Shown here piece after piece: positions 48,671-61,200 of a DNA stretch of 64,000 bases (its first letter is position 1; the number at the start of each line of letters is the position of its first letter). The notes beneath the pieces are model-generated. The model saw only the letters and a program-made list of their open reading frames with translations, was not told the origin of the DNA and did not search any database. The stretch lies in the NCBI GenBank assembly GCA_964016885.1, contig OZ024744.1, forward strand, positions 82,026,001 to 82,090,000, given 5' to 3'. A program made the translations under genes and the position numbers. The stretch is from Eledone cirrhosa (Eukaryota).

Positions 48671-49536
48671 AAGCTTTATCCAGTTTTCTCAATTAATGTT
48701 TTAGCCATTTACATCGGGATAGCTATATTTCAAATTGTCCTAATGTTTCTTACGGCAAATTGATTCTTACGGCAAGTTGATTCTTACGGCAAAGTCGATA
48801 CAAATATCAATAAATCATTGTATTACTTTTAAAAACAATTTTTCAAAACTATTTCTTTGAAAAATATTAAAATTTCGACGAATATTCCGCATTTCATATA
48901 AATATTATGATTTCAATCATATCTATTAGTTTTTATATGAATGTTGCTCAATAACTTTCTGTTTTTAAATCTATTAGTTTTTATATGAATGTTGCTGAAT
49001 AACTTTCTACGAATATCTTTCGACAAATTTATCTTTTGGACAATGTATTGGGTAGTCAAGTATGAAATTTGTAGAAATTTGATTTTTTTTTTTTCTACAA
49101 ATTTCTACACATTTCATACTTGACAACTCAATAATCTCGACGAATGTCACGAAAGCATTCCTGCAAATGTCCCCTTTCATTTCATTTTACGATGGAATAT
49201 GAAAAATATTTTGATTTTTGACAACAGGTATGCTACTCTCCTTTTTGTTCTTTCTGGCACACATTTGGTAAATGATTTCTAATACAGTTACAAGGGAAGA
49301 AAGATTTCGGGTTGGTTTAGTTAATTAAGTCGACACCAGTTTATGACCGATTTATTTTATTGATCCCAAAGGATGAAAGGTCAGTTTGACCTTGTCGGCA
49401 TTTGAATTACGAAAGAAAAGGCCCGCATATTTGTATTTTTAAATGCATGTATCTATAAATATATATCACCAAGTTAGCTTGACCACGAAAATATAGCAGG
49501 CAAACCTAATCATACTTTACACAAAGATGAACACAG

Positions 49537-49700
<164 letters not shown>

Positions 49701-49844
49701 TATTATAGTAATTATTGACTGATATAGAAATATAAAAAAATATCAACTAAAAACTGCGTTTCGTATCTCAGAGTTATGAATTTAAGTAGAAACGTAAAAC
49801 CTCCAATAGCAGCGATTTTAGATTCTGAATATTGTCCTATATAT

Positions 49845-49875
<31 letters not shown>

Positions 49876-50022
49876 ATATAAAACACTTATATACATGCAT
49901 GTGATTGCATGTATAGAAATATATTCAATAAGAAGAGAATTTTATATCCGATGAATATTTATGGAGTTACACACTCACACACACACATATATACACACAC
50001 ATACATACACACACACACATAT

Positions 50023-50069
<47 letters not shown>

Positions 50070-50083
50070 TATATATATATATG

Positions 50084-50143
<60 letters not shown>

Positions 50144-50171
50144 TATATATATATATGTACATATATATATA

Positions 50172-50276
<105 letters not shown>

Positions 50277-50670
50277 TACACACATATAATTATATACGTA
50301 CATACATAGATATGTACACCAGTGTGATTTGCAATGATACGATATCTTAGAGTTGACTTTAATATTATAAACATCGAAAGATATATGCAGGTGTTGGGAA
50401 AATATTTGCAACTGTTGACGAGATGAATTTCTGAGAATGGGGGCAAAAAAGAATGTATTGCTTTTATAATTGAAAAATTTCTTAAAGGTTTAATAAATGT
50501 TAGAGTTAAGTGAATTTTGAAATAAAATAGAATAGATATCCGTAAGTGCGTATTAAAAGTATGTAATTAAATCCTACATACACACACCCAAACACACACA
50601 TACACATGCACACACACATATATACATACATATATATATATATACACTCATATATGTATATGTATCTGTA

Positions 50671-50761
<91 letters not shown>

Positions 50762-50864
50762 TACATATATATACATATATATATATATTGAGATAGATAG
50801 AGATAGATAGAGAGAGAGAGAGAGAGAGAATGAGAGAGAAATAATATATAATATATATATATTA

Positions 50865-51016
<152 letters not shown>

Positions 51017-51045
51017 ATATATATATATTAATATATATATATATT

Positions 51046-51096
<51 letters not shown>

Positions 51097-51175
51097 AGGG
51101 TGGGTAAAATTCCCGAGATAATATATAGATATGTATGTATATATACATATATACATATATATATATATGTATAAG

Positions 51176-51292
<117 letters not shown>

Positions 51293-51774
51293 ACGTGTAT
51301 GAATGTTTAAGAAAAATAGATTTAAATACACAAGAAATGCAAAAGTGTAGCAATTCCACTTGACTTGACTGATTCTGTGAAAGAAAAAAAAAATCAATCA
51401 TTATTTGGAATCAATAACGTCTGAAGGTTATTTAGTTCATGATTTAGACATTTTGTGTATATATATATTTCAAGATTGCGTGAGAGTTAGAAATGTAAAC
51501 CGAGATATCGTAAAAGATAAAAATAGGAAAAACCAGATCTTCTCCACCAACTGGGCAGGAAAAGAAGACGAAAAATGTACATATCAATAAAGGGTAGGAA
51601 ATCTCCTACAATAATCACAGGGAAAACGCAACATACAAATGTATTGTAGGAAGGTGGCAGTAGCAGAAATAGAAAGGGTATTAAAAAATTGTTTTGAGCA
51701 ATGAACTAATAATGATTTCTGCACTGGGTAATTGCTGGCCTTGCGCCAACAGTAGAAACAAATATTATTAATAT

Positions 51775-52185
51775 TATTCTTTGAGTGTCAGTCATTGATG
51801 TTATTTAACTGGAAAGTTTGTTGAAATGAATATCAAGTTGCTACCTGCAGCCTCAGACATTCAGGACGTATCGGAGGGTTCTTGCTGTTCCCACACAAAC
51901 ATGCCTTTTGAAGTGCTCCAAAAAGCGGGGCTGGAATAATCTTCTTTAACCATCCTTGGAAACTCTTTGAGATAGTACCTAGTGCGCCTATGACAATCGG
52001 GACGACCTTGATTTCATAGCAGTTCCAAATCCTTTTTAACTCCCACTTTAAATCCTGGTATCGGTTAATTTTCTCCCTCCCCTTTTCTTGCACTCCAGTG
52101 TCAAACGGGCAGGCTACATCTACAATCAGGCACGATCTTTTTCCCTTGTCCAAAACCACCAGGTCAGGCCTATTGTGTTCTTTTA
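51775..52185 (-). mobile_element. R4/Dong-like 3' fragment (RLE domain)
   Basis: NRPDLVV, IVDVACP, KINRYQDLKWELKRIW, VVPIVIGALG; TAA/TTA repeats at both ends. Confidence 0.85.
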
Positions 52186-52421
52186 GTATTATTATTATTA
52201 TTATTGAATGCTATGGTTGACGGAGGCTCGGCTCTGTAAGGTACTGTAAATTTTGAACGCTATAACAATTGTAAATTGTTTAAAACTTAGACCAACTTGT
52301 AGACAAAAACACCCTCCTCCTCGTGAGAGGGGTCTTTCTGCCCGTTATTTGGCCCTTCGGGGTTAAATAACTGTTTATTGGGGTTTTGTACCCAATATTT
52401 ATTTTAAACAAAAAAAACAAC

Positions 52422-54512
52422 ATGGCTACGAAAAAGAATTTGCATAGGTCACTCCCACTCATTCCGTCTTCTTCTTCCTCAATCATCACTACAGCAGAGA
52501 GAAGATTGTCTCTCTCCATCCCTTCTTTAAATGTGTCTCTCTCCCTCCCTTCTCTTTCGCAAGCGACGAAAGAAAAGAAAAGTCTCGTGCAAAGCGTGCA
52601 AGGTTTCTCCACGACGACAGCGACGAAACAGGTGTGCGGGAAATACGAAAACCCAGTTCATTCGTCTGACGTCAGGAATAATAGCAGTAGCAGCCGTAAT
52701 AACAACAGCAACAGTGACAATGAAAACAACAGTAGCAGCCGCAACAGCATCACCAGCAGCATAAACAACAACAGCATTAGCAGCAGCAACACCAACAACA
52801 ACCACAGCAACAGCGGCGGAGGCAGTAGTCGTAGTACCTGCAGCAACAACAAAAGTACCAGCAGCTCTGACGACAACAACAACAGCAGAGAAAAACCAAT
52901 CTCATTTGCAGGTATTGCGAAAAACCTGGAAACAATCCTCATAACAAATGAGGAATTAGAGGAAGCGAAGAAGATGGTGACAAAGAACGGACACCGAGCA
53001 ATCTGCAAGGCAGCGAAAAATTTTTTCGAAACCCAAGAGCACTGTACGGTCACGTACCGTACAGTAAGTACAAAATCCCGTAGGGTGGAAAGAGCCACAG
53101 AGGCCCAAATACAAAAAGCCTTGGGGTCTGTGTGGCAGAGGAAAACGCACATCACCCGAGGCAAAAAATACGCCACCGTAGACGTACTTTTTGCCACACC
53201 CCAGGAGGCTAAGGCCCAATCAGTAGTGACCCTAAGGAGCGAGGAAATGGTGTTGGTGCCCTCCTACTGCGGGCAAAAAATTGTGAGGGTCAAACTGACC
53301 CACGTCCCCCCCGGAATGACCCCTTCTTGGCTGGCCGCGTCTGTCCTCGTCGGAATCGAGGACAAAACAACTGTACTGCAAGTACAGAAAAAAGTAAGAG
53401 AAGATTGGGTCGGCTCCTCCATTGAGATGCTAATCCAAACCAACCAGGAGTGCATCGAAGCTATCCCGGATGTGATAGACTTCGATAACGGCACTCAACT
53501 GCCCATAAGTGTTGAGGGCAAACGCCCGAAATGCTTTCGCTGTGGATCGAAGACTCACCTCAGGGCCTTCTGCAACGAGAAGACCCTGAGAAAGGAGAAA
53601 ACCCCCCTCCTCCCGAATCCGGTTCCACGGCTACCAGCAACAGGACAAGCGGCAACCAGGAACGATAGGTCCGTGGCACCCATACCCACTCCACGGAAAT
53701 CAAAGACAGCAGCAGCAGTGGAAATATTAACAACAACAACAGCAATACCAAATGCAGCTGCAACAGAGACTCCAGTGCAAACATCACCAACAACAACAAG
53801 TGAAAGAGTGGAGCTGGTACCCCTCCCCGACCTTACAGAATCAGACATGGAGTGTGAGGTGGGAGAGGGATGGCAAAAGGTCTCAAGAAGGCACAAACGC
53901 AGAAGCAGCGCATCGTCGCCTTTGAAAAGGGAGGAAAGAAATGAGAAAAGGGTAAAGTCTACTGCAAAGAGACCCACAGCAGCAACACCACCAACACCAT
54001 CACCACCCACACCAGCACCACCATCACCACCGGCGACAACCCCACCGCCAACAACACCTTCAACACCACCACCACAAGCACCAACATCGCAAACACAACA
54101 ACAAAACACACACACCCAGCAACAACGACAAGAAAATAGCAGAACCACACCCCACCCCCAGAAAAACAAATGCACGGCAATAAACACACACAACAAGAAA
54201 CTAATGACTTACATAATTGAACACACAGACATTTCACAACAGGACTACATAATACCAGCACCAATCAAAACGCCAACTAACATAAGACTGCTAAAAATAG
54301 CACAGAAACAATACACAAACATTAAAACGAAATTCCCCAACGCAGTTGGTGATTTCAGGGACCTAGGAGGAACCATTAATCGAAGAGTATATTCAGACAT
54401 TCTCTTAGAAGAGCCGACGACCAGCCGAAGGGACGATTCAACGGTCCCTTCACCAGACGATCAAGTGAAAAGGGATGTAAAAACCATCCCTCCTCTACCA
54501 AAAATACGGTAA
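52422..54512 (+). CDS. Tx1 ORF1 (gag-like nucleic-acid-binding protein with CCHC knuckle)
   Basis: ATG in AACATGG context; CFRCGSKTHLRAFC knuckle; N/S-rich and P/T-rich linkers; lies upstream of ORF2. Confidence 0.9.
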   Translation: MATKKNLHRSLPLIPSSSSSIITTAERRLSLSIPSLNVSLSLPSLSQATKEKKSLVQSVQGFSTTTATKQVCGKYENPVHSSDVRNNSSSSRNNNSNSDNENNSSSRNSITSSINNNSISSSNTNNNHSNSGGGSSRSTCSNNKSTSSSDDNNNSREKPISFAGIAKNLETILITNEELEEAKKMVTKNGHRAICKAAKNFFETQEHCTVTYRTVSTKSRRVERATEAQIQKALGSVWQRKTHITRGKKYATVDVLFATPQEAKAQSVVTLRSEEMVLVPSYCGQKIVRVKLTHVPPGMTPSWLAASVLVGIEDKTTVLQVQKKVREDWVGSSIEMLIQTNQECIEAIPDVIDFDNGTQLPISVEGKRPKCFRCGSKTHLRAFCNEKTLRKEKTPLLPNPVPRLPATGQAATRNDRSVAPIPTPRKSKTAAAVEILTTTTAIPNAAATETPVQTSPTTTSERVELVPLPDLTESDMECEVGEGWQKVSRRHKRRSSASSPLKREERNEKRVKSTAKRPTAATPPTPSPPTPAPPSPPATTPPPTTPSTPPPQAPTSQTQQQNTHTQQQRQENSRTTPHPQKNKCTAINTHNKKLMTYIIEHTDISQQDYIIPAPIKTPTNIRLLKIAQKQYTNIKTKFPNAVGDFRDLGGTINRRVYSDILLEEPTTSRRDDSTVPSPDDQVKRDVKTIPPLPKIR

Positions 54513-54547
54513 GTGGTCTTTCCCATCTTTTCCACTCTATTTTAAAC

Positions 54548-57500
54548 ATGACCTCACTCAGAATAGGCAGCATAAATGCGCGTGGCTTGGGGTCGTCATG
54601 GAAGCAGGGTCACCTGCTCAACGACCTCAGGTCACTAAACATAGATGTAGTGGCCATCAGCGAGACCAGAATCTCCGAAGCACGGGCCTTCGCACCGATC
54701 TTCGGCGGCTACGATGTGTACGCATCTCCCAGCCGTCCTGGATCGGGTGGAGGAGTTGCTGTGCTTTTTCGGAGAGGTTTGGATCTCGCCATACGGGCCA
54801 TCTTCCTGGACCCAGAGGGTAAGCTGGTGGTGCTGGACGTGACCAGCGGAGACGGGCAAGCTTTCAGGCTAGTGGCCGTCTATGCCCCGACAGGAGCAGG
54901 GCGGCCTGATTTCTTCCGGCGTCTGGAGACCTTTCTTGGAACGTCGCGCTCTTTAGTGTTAGTGGGCGACTGGAACGGGATCTTAGATGCACGCTGGGAC
55001 TGTGTGGGATTAGCGGATAGGGGTGGAGGGTGCAAGAGCCTCACCAACCTGCTCAGGCGTTTTGAACTGTCTGACAGGTACCGATTGGATTTCCCGAATG
55101 TGCCAATGTGGACTTGGACAAACCGCATAGGGTCATCCAGATCATATCTAGATAGAGTATTTTGTAGGGAAATAGATAGGTCTAGCATAGGCTGTCCACA
55201 ATTCAAGATAGTCAGCTACACGGACCACAAATTCGTGATCTGTGTGCTTGACTTAGATAGGCTTCATAGACGAGGACCCGGCTACTGGAAGCTAAACGCG
55301 TCCTTACCAGCGCGCAAGGCCTACAGAGACCGGATTAGCGAACTAGTTAAGCGGGCGTTGACGGGGGCCATCGTCAACAACAAGTGGTGGTTTGCTCTGA
55401 AAAGAGCGATTAGAATAGAATCGATTAGGTTTAGTAAGGCTTTAGCAATAGAGAAAAATAGAGCAGAGGGAGAACTAGTTAGAAAATTAGACGAGGCGCT
55501 TAGCAAAGGCATTGCGACCGACGTGCTTGCGGCGAAATTGGCCCTTGACCAATTCTTCAATGCAAAGCACGAAGGCTGCGTTGTCAGAGCTAGGGTGCGT
55601 GCTCTCAGACACGAGGGGACGAAAGCCGTTCAATGGGCCCGAGTGGCGGAGGCGCGTCGTGGCAACAAAGCCACGATCCGGTCTTTGGTGGACCACGACG
55701 GGCGCATGCTACTCGATCCCGGGCAAATGTGTGAAGCTTTTCAGCGACACTTCGCTCAGCTGTTCGGGGGCAGCGGGGGGCCGGGTAGAGGGATGGACTT
55801 TAGTGTCTACCTCGACGGACTGCCGCGGCTCTCGGCCACTGAGGCGAAGTGTTGCGAAAAGCCGATAACAGCCGCTGAAGTAAGGGAGGCAATGACTGGC
55901 TGCACAAGGGGTAAATCGCCTGGTTTGGATGGTCTGCCCTATGAACTTTACGTACAGATGCCAGACTTGTTCGGAGGCCTCTTGGCGGACGTCTACTGCA
56001 ACTGGCAACAGAACGGGAGAATTCCCAGTTCTGTGAGCCGAGGAGCGGTGGCACTGCTGAGAAAGGATCCGAACAAGGGGGATAACATAGACAATTTCCG
56101 GCCCATAACTCTGCTAAACACAGAGTTTAAGATTTTGGCCAAGGTGCTAGCAAAGAGGTTGGCGCTTGTCGTTGGTGGTCTGGTGGGAGAGGCGCAGACA
56201 TGCGCCATTCCCGACAGATCCATCCACGACAACCTCCACCTCATGCGATACATCGTAGAGAGGGTAGCTAGGGAACCTGGCACGGGTGGGTCCTTGATCA
56301 ATTTAGATCAGTCGAAAGCTTTCGATAGGGTCGACCATCGTTACCTAGCGGCAGTCCTGAGGGCGGCTGGCTTTGGGCCCGTCTTCAGAGGCTGGATCAC
56401 TGCCATGCACAGCGACATCTGCTCTGTGGTGAGAGTGAACGGTCACCTGTCGGAACCGTTCAACATCATGCGCTCGGTCCGCCAAGGATGTCCCCTCTCG
56501 TCCCTCTTGTACGTATTGACTCTCGAGCCATTACTGCACAAACTGGAGACGTTGAGGGGAGTCCCGCGCGAACTAGGATGCGGAAGATCCGTGTCAGCAT
56601 ATGCGGACGATGTCACCGTAGTGGTGTCGAACGCCAAACACATCGAGGCGATCGGCACTACACTAAGAGAATACGAAGCGGTGACAGGAGCAATGATCAA
56701 CCAGGAAAAGTCAGTGGGCCTGCAGCTCGGCACCTGGAGAGGCAGGTCCATGCCGTCCAACAGCGTCGTCGGGCGCTGGACGGACGGACCGGTTAAATTG
56801 CTAGGGGTCTGGTTCGGTCCGGACCTCCAGACGGACAAAAACTGGGACGAGGTGACGAGCAGGGTGGCTTCTCTCACCCAGAAATGGGCGGAGAGGAAGC
56901 TATCCCTGAAAGGTCGAGCGGAGGTGGCTAACGCGTACATCGCGTCTGTCATCTGCTACCGCCTAACCGTCGTACCTTGTCCTAAGCCTCGCCTGACTGC
57001 GCTGGAGCGTTTGCTCTTTCGCTTTTTGTGGAAGGGACGTGCTCCGATGGTCAGGCGGTCCATCTGTTGTCAACACCCGCTACGTGGAGGGCTGGGCATG
57101 CCGTGGCTGATGATGCGCAGGCACGCGCTCAGGCTACGACATCTCCACCTCTTCCTCGACGGTGATCAGGTGTGGTCGCCGTTTGCTAGACGCGTTTTTC
57201 CCCAGCTCGTTTCCTTGACGGAGCTGCAGTCCTGGGTCAAGCGAAGACCGAGAGGGAGCGCCTGGAGACTGGAATGTCTTCAGGCGCTCACAGCCCTCGA
57301 CCAATCGGGCAATGTGATCGGTGGAAACTCCACCTCGGCATTCTATAGAGGATTAGTGGAGGGGAAGAGCGACGACGTACTTGGGGAAACTCTAGGCGTC
57401 GACGAAAATCAACTAGCCAATCTCTTCGGAAGAACTTTCGGGCCAGGGCCTATGGACAACTTCCAGAAATCTCTGGCCTGGCAGTGCTACCGAGGAGCCT

Positions 57501-57967
57501 TGCCAGTTCGGGATAAACTCTACAGGCATGGAGGTGCCGTCAGCCGGGCATGTCCGAGATGCGCGCAGGGCGACGAAACCGTCCTGCACGCACTCGTCCA
57601 GTGTCCGAAAATTGCTGACTTGTGGGTTTATGTCGAACACCTGCTGTCGCGTTTAGGACGGATCCAGCTATCATCTGAGTCTATCGTGAGGATTGCCCCG
57701 CCCTCCTCCTTTAGCCGGGAAGGGCAGGCAGTTTTTATCTGTCTGGTGGCCATGGCGAAAGAGATAGTATGGTGGACACGTTTGAAAGGGCTGAAGACGA
57801 GCACTTACCTCTTCGGTGATGCTCTGATTGACTTTTTCAAATTTCATTTGAAAAGGAAAATCAGAGTAGAGAAGGAAGTGCTCTCTTCCCAGCATTTTGT
57901 TGAAAGATGGGTGAGAGAAGCAAGAATGGCCCGAGTGAATGGGCCGACTCTGAGTATATATCTGTAA
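54548..57967 (+). CDS. Tx1 ORF2: AP endonuclease, RT and C-terminal Zn motif (1139 aa)
   Basis: SINARGL, ISET, GDWN, YLDR, TDH; FRPITLLN, KAFDRV, QGCPLS, YADD; CPRC..HALVQC; no stops. Confidence 0.96.
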   Translation: MTSLRIGSINARGLGSSWKQGHLLNDLRSLNIDVVAISETRISEARAFAPIFGGYDVYASPSRPGSGGGVAVLFRRGLDLAIRAIFLDPEGKLVVLDVTSGDGQAFRLVAVYAPTGAGRPDFFRRLETFLGTSRSLVLVGDWNGILDARWDCVGLADRGGGCKSLTNLLRRFELSDRYRLDFPNVPMWTWTNRIGSSRSYLDRVFCREIDRSSIGCPQFKIVSYTDHKFVICVLDLDRLHRRGPGYWKLNASLPARKAYRDRISELVKRALTGAIVNNKWWFALKRAIRIESIRFSKALAIEKNRAEGELVRKLDEALSKGIATDVLAAKLALDQFFNAKHEGCVVRARVRALRHEGTKAVQWARVAEARRGNKATIRSLVDHDGRMLLDPGQMCEAFQRHFAQLFGGSGGPGRGMDFSVYLDGLPRLSATEAKCCEKPITAAEVREAMTGCTRGKSPGLDGLPYELYVQMPDLFGGLLADVYCNWQQNGRIPSSVSRGAVALLRKDPNKGDNIDNFRPITLLNTEFKILAKVLAKRLALVVGGLVGEAQTCAIPDRSIHDNLHLMRYIVERVAREPGTGGSLINLDQSKAFDRVDHRYLAAVLRAAGFGPVFRGWITAMHSDICSVVRVNGHLSEPFNIMRSVRQGCPLSSLLYVLTLEPLLHKLETLRGVPRELGCGRSVSAYADDVTVVVSNAKHIEAIGTTLREYEAVTGAMINQEKSVGLQLGTWRGRSMPSNSVVGRWTDGPVKLLGVWFGPDLQTDKNWDEVTSRVASLTQKWAERKLSLKGRAEVANAYIASVICYRLTVVPCPKPRLTALERLLFRFLWKGRAPMVRRSICCQHPLRGGLGMPWLMMRRHALRLRHLHLFLDGDQVWSPFARRVFPQLVSLTELQSWVKRRPRGSAWRLECLQALTALDQSGNVIGGNSTSAFYRGLVEGKSDDVLGETLGVDENQLANLFGRTFGPGPMDNFQKSLAWQCYRGALPVRDKLYRHGGAVSRACPRCAQGDETVLHALVQCPKIADLWVYVEHLLSRLGRIQLSSESIVRIAPPSSFSREGQAVFICLVAMAKEIVWWTRLKGLKTSTYLFGDALIDFFKFHLKRKIRVEKEVLSSQHFVERWVREARMARVNGPTLSIYL

Positions 57968-58246
57968 ACTAAAGGTGGAAAACTGGGAGAGGGCACTTGC
58001 CTTGGTGGTCAGGGTCATTGTGGCTTTTTACTGGGCTTTCTCCACAAATGTCCCTCCGAAGTCTCCCCCCTATTGGGGAATTTTTTTCATTGTTATTTTC
58101 ATTGTTATTTTTGTTACATCCTCTGTTTTTGTTTTTTTACACGCAGAAATGCCCATTTGTACCGTCCTGCATTGTCCTGCACTGTCCTTAATGTCTACTT
58201 TATGTAAACCCTTGTGGTTAATAAAGAAATCATTATTATTATTATA

Positions 58247-58288
<42 letters not shown>

Positions 58289-58291
58289 GTT

Positions 58292-61200
58292 GTTGGTGAA
58301 GCCACGCTTCTTATCACCTCCAGTCTTTTTACACGTTTTACCTCTTTTTCAACCGTTCTAAACCCTTTATTCAAGTTTTAAATTTGATAAAAGTTTAGAA
58401 GAAGTGACCCACCTAATACAGGGGTTCACTAGTAAATAATACGGCACCCCTTTACGGGGTGTCGTATTCGTATTTGTGTAAAAATATTTTTTTGAAAAAT
58501 TTCAACATGGATAACACAAGAAAGAGAGAGAGCGCTGTCAGACAACACAGAGAGAGGGAGACTTTATCAGCATGTCAACAAGACAGCGTTCCAGCGGAGG
58601 TAAATATAAACGAAAATATTACAAAAGAAAAAAAGATTGTTACAGATTTAAAATTACCAAATATTTCTAACACCAACAACACCAACAATAACACCAACAA
58701 CAACAACAGCAATAACAACAACAACACCAAAAATAACATCGGTAAAGTCGAGAACGACAATAACAAAAATAACAGCGGTAAGGTCGAGAACGACAATAAC
58801 AACAGCCACAACAACAATAATAGTAGGAACAGTATCAACAAAAACAACAATAATAACAACAGCCACAATAACAGTAACAACAGCAACAGTATCAACGAAA
58901 ACAACACCAACAACTGTACCAGCGAAAAGAACAACAATGACACCGATACCTGTAATAGCGACCTCAGCACCACCAGTAAGACCAGTAGCGGCAGCAATAG
59001 TGGTGCTGCTGAAAAAGGGACCACTTCTTTTGCAGGTGTCGCCCGAAATATCGAGACAGTGTTAGTCACAGAGGAGGAGATGGTAGTCGCAAGGGCCATG
59101 GTGACAAGAAGCGCAAATAGGGTTTCCCTGAAACCTCCACCCGATTTTTTCAAGGACCAGCAGCTACGGACGGTGACTTACCGCACCGTAAGCAAAATCT
59201 CACATCGAGTGGAGAGAGCCATGGAGGCTCAAATCCAAAAGGCCTTGGGGTGCGTCTGGGCACGCAAAACCCACATCACCTGAGGTAGAAAGTACGCCAC
59301 AGTAGACGTACTTTTCGCCACCCCCCAGGAAGCAAAGTCTCACTCTTTGGAAACCCTAAAGAGTGAGGAGTTAGTCTTGGTGCCCTCCTACTGCGGGCAG
59401 AAAATAGTGAGGGTCAAAGTGACCCGACGTGCCCATACCTTGGCTGGCCGCGTCTGTCCTTGCTGGAATTGAGAACAGGGCGACTATGCTGCAAGTAGAA
59501 AAAATAGGGAGAGAGAACTGGTCAGGTATAGGCATGCAAATGCTTATACAAACTGACCAGGAATGTATCGAGGCTCTCCCCGATATCATAGACTTCGAGG
59601 AAGGACTCCAACTCCCTATAAGTGTAGAAGGAAGACGGCCAAAATGTTATCTCTGTGGGTCGGAAGGTCACCTCAGGGCCTTTTGCCCGCAGAAGACACC
59701 GAAGAGGGCCCCTCTCCTTCCAATACCTGGTCCGCTGCTACCAAGAGCAGGACAGGCAACAAACGAAGAAGCCCCTTCCACGGTGAGTAGGAGGGCAACG
59801 TCCGTAGCACCCGTACCAAGGCCACGGATAACTAAAGCAGCATCATCAGAAGCGGCAACACCAATAGCTACATTTGAAATAGCTACACCAGCAACAAAAT
59901 TGCCGAAGAGAGCTCCACTACCACCACCAACAGCCGTGGAGCATATACCCCTCCCAGACGCCACAGAATCCGACATGGAGTTTGAGGCGGGAGTGACGTG
60001 GCAAACAGTCTGCCACAAAAAACAAAAAAGAAAAAAACCATTAGATTCACCCTCCAAAAGCGAAGGCATACAAAGAGGGGTAAAGGCAGCAAGGAAACTT
60101 GCAGCAACACCACCACAAACACCAACAACGCAAACACCACAAGACACACACACCAAACAGCAACAAGAAGAAAACGGCAACAAAATCACCCCTCCCCCCA
60201 AAAAGTACACAGCCATAAACATAGCAAAAAAAGAACTCATAAAATATATAAAGCAGCACACAGACATCACGGAAAAAAACTACTACACCCCACCAACACC
60301 AAGAACTCTCCCGACAAACATAAGCATCATCGAAATCTCAATAGAACAGTACAAACCTTTAAAACAAAAATTCCCCAACGCAGTTGGAGACTTCAGAGGG
60401 ACTGTTACCAAGAGGATATACACTGACATCCTCTTGGAAACACCCATGACCAGCGAAAGGGACGGTTCTACTGTCCCTTCACCACACGAACAAGGTAAGA
60501 GACCCTTTCTCATATGCCCCGTTTCTCATCCAACATGGCTGTACTCAGAATAGGCAGTATAAATGCAGGTGGCCTGGGGTCATCTTGGAAGCAGGGTCAC
60601 CTGCTCAATGACCTCAGGTCACTAAACATAGATGTGGTGGCCATCAGTGAAACCAGAATCTCCGAGGCACGGGCATTCGCAGCGATCTTTGGCGGCTACG
60701 ATGTATACGCATCTCCCAGCCGTCCAGGATCGGGGGGAGGGATTGCCGTCCTTTTTCGGAGAGGCTTGGATCTCGCGATACGGGCCATCTTCCTGGACCC
60801 AGAAGGTAAGTCGGTGGTACTGGACGTGACCGGCAGCGAAGGCAATGCTTTCAGGCTAGTAGCCGTCTACGCCCCAACAGGGGCAGGACGGCCAGATATC
60901 TTCAGACGTCTAGAGACCTTTCTTGGAACGTCCCGCTCTTTAGTATTAGTGGGCGACTTGAACGGTATCTTGGATGCACGCTGGGATCGTGTGGGGCTAG
61001 TGGATAGGGGAGGAGGGTGCAAGAGCCTCACCAACCTGCTCAGACGTTTTGAACTGTCTGACAGGTATCGACTGGATCACCCGAATGTGCCAATGTGGAC
61101 ATGGACAAACCGCATAGGGTCATCCAGATCGTATCTCGATAGGGTATTCTGCAGGGAATAAGATAAGGCTAGTATAAGTTGTCCACAATTTAAAATAGTC

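Larger units (their letters stand above)
52207..58232 (+). mobile_element. Apparently full-length intact Tx1/L1-clade retrotransposon
   Basis: 5'UTR, ORF1, ORF2 and a 3'UTR with AATAAA; (TTA)n on both flanks. Confidence 0.93.

Noticed and set aside
48199-48763. Protamine-like Arg-rich or Glu-rich ORFs
   Set aside because: Translations of a (GAA)/(GTA)/(GGA) repeat.
54505-54550. GGTAAG splice-donor-like motif before ORF2 in both long Tx1 elements (also about 60493)
   Set aside because: The two positions do not align convincingly, and no acceptor giving an ORF1-ORF2 fusion was found.
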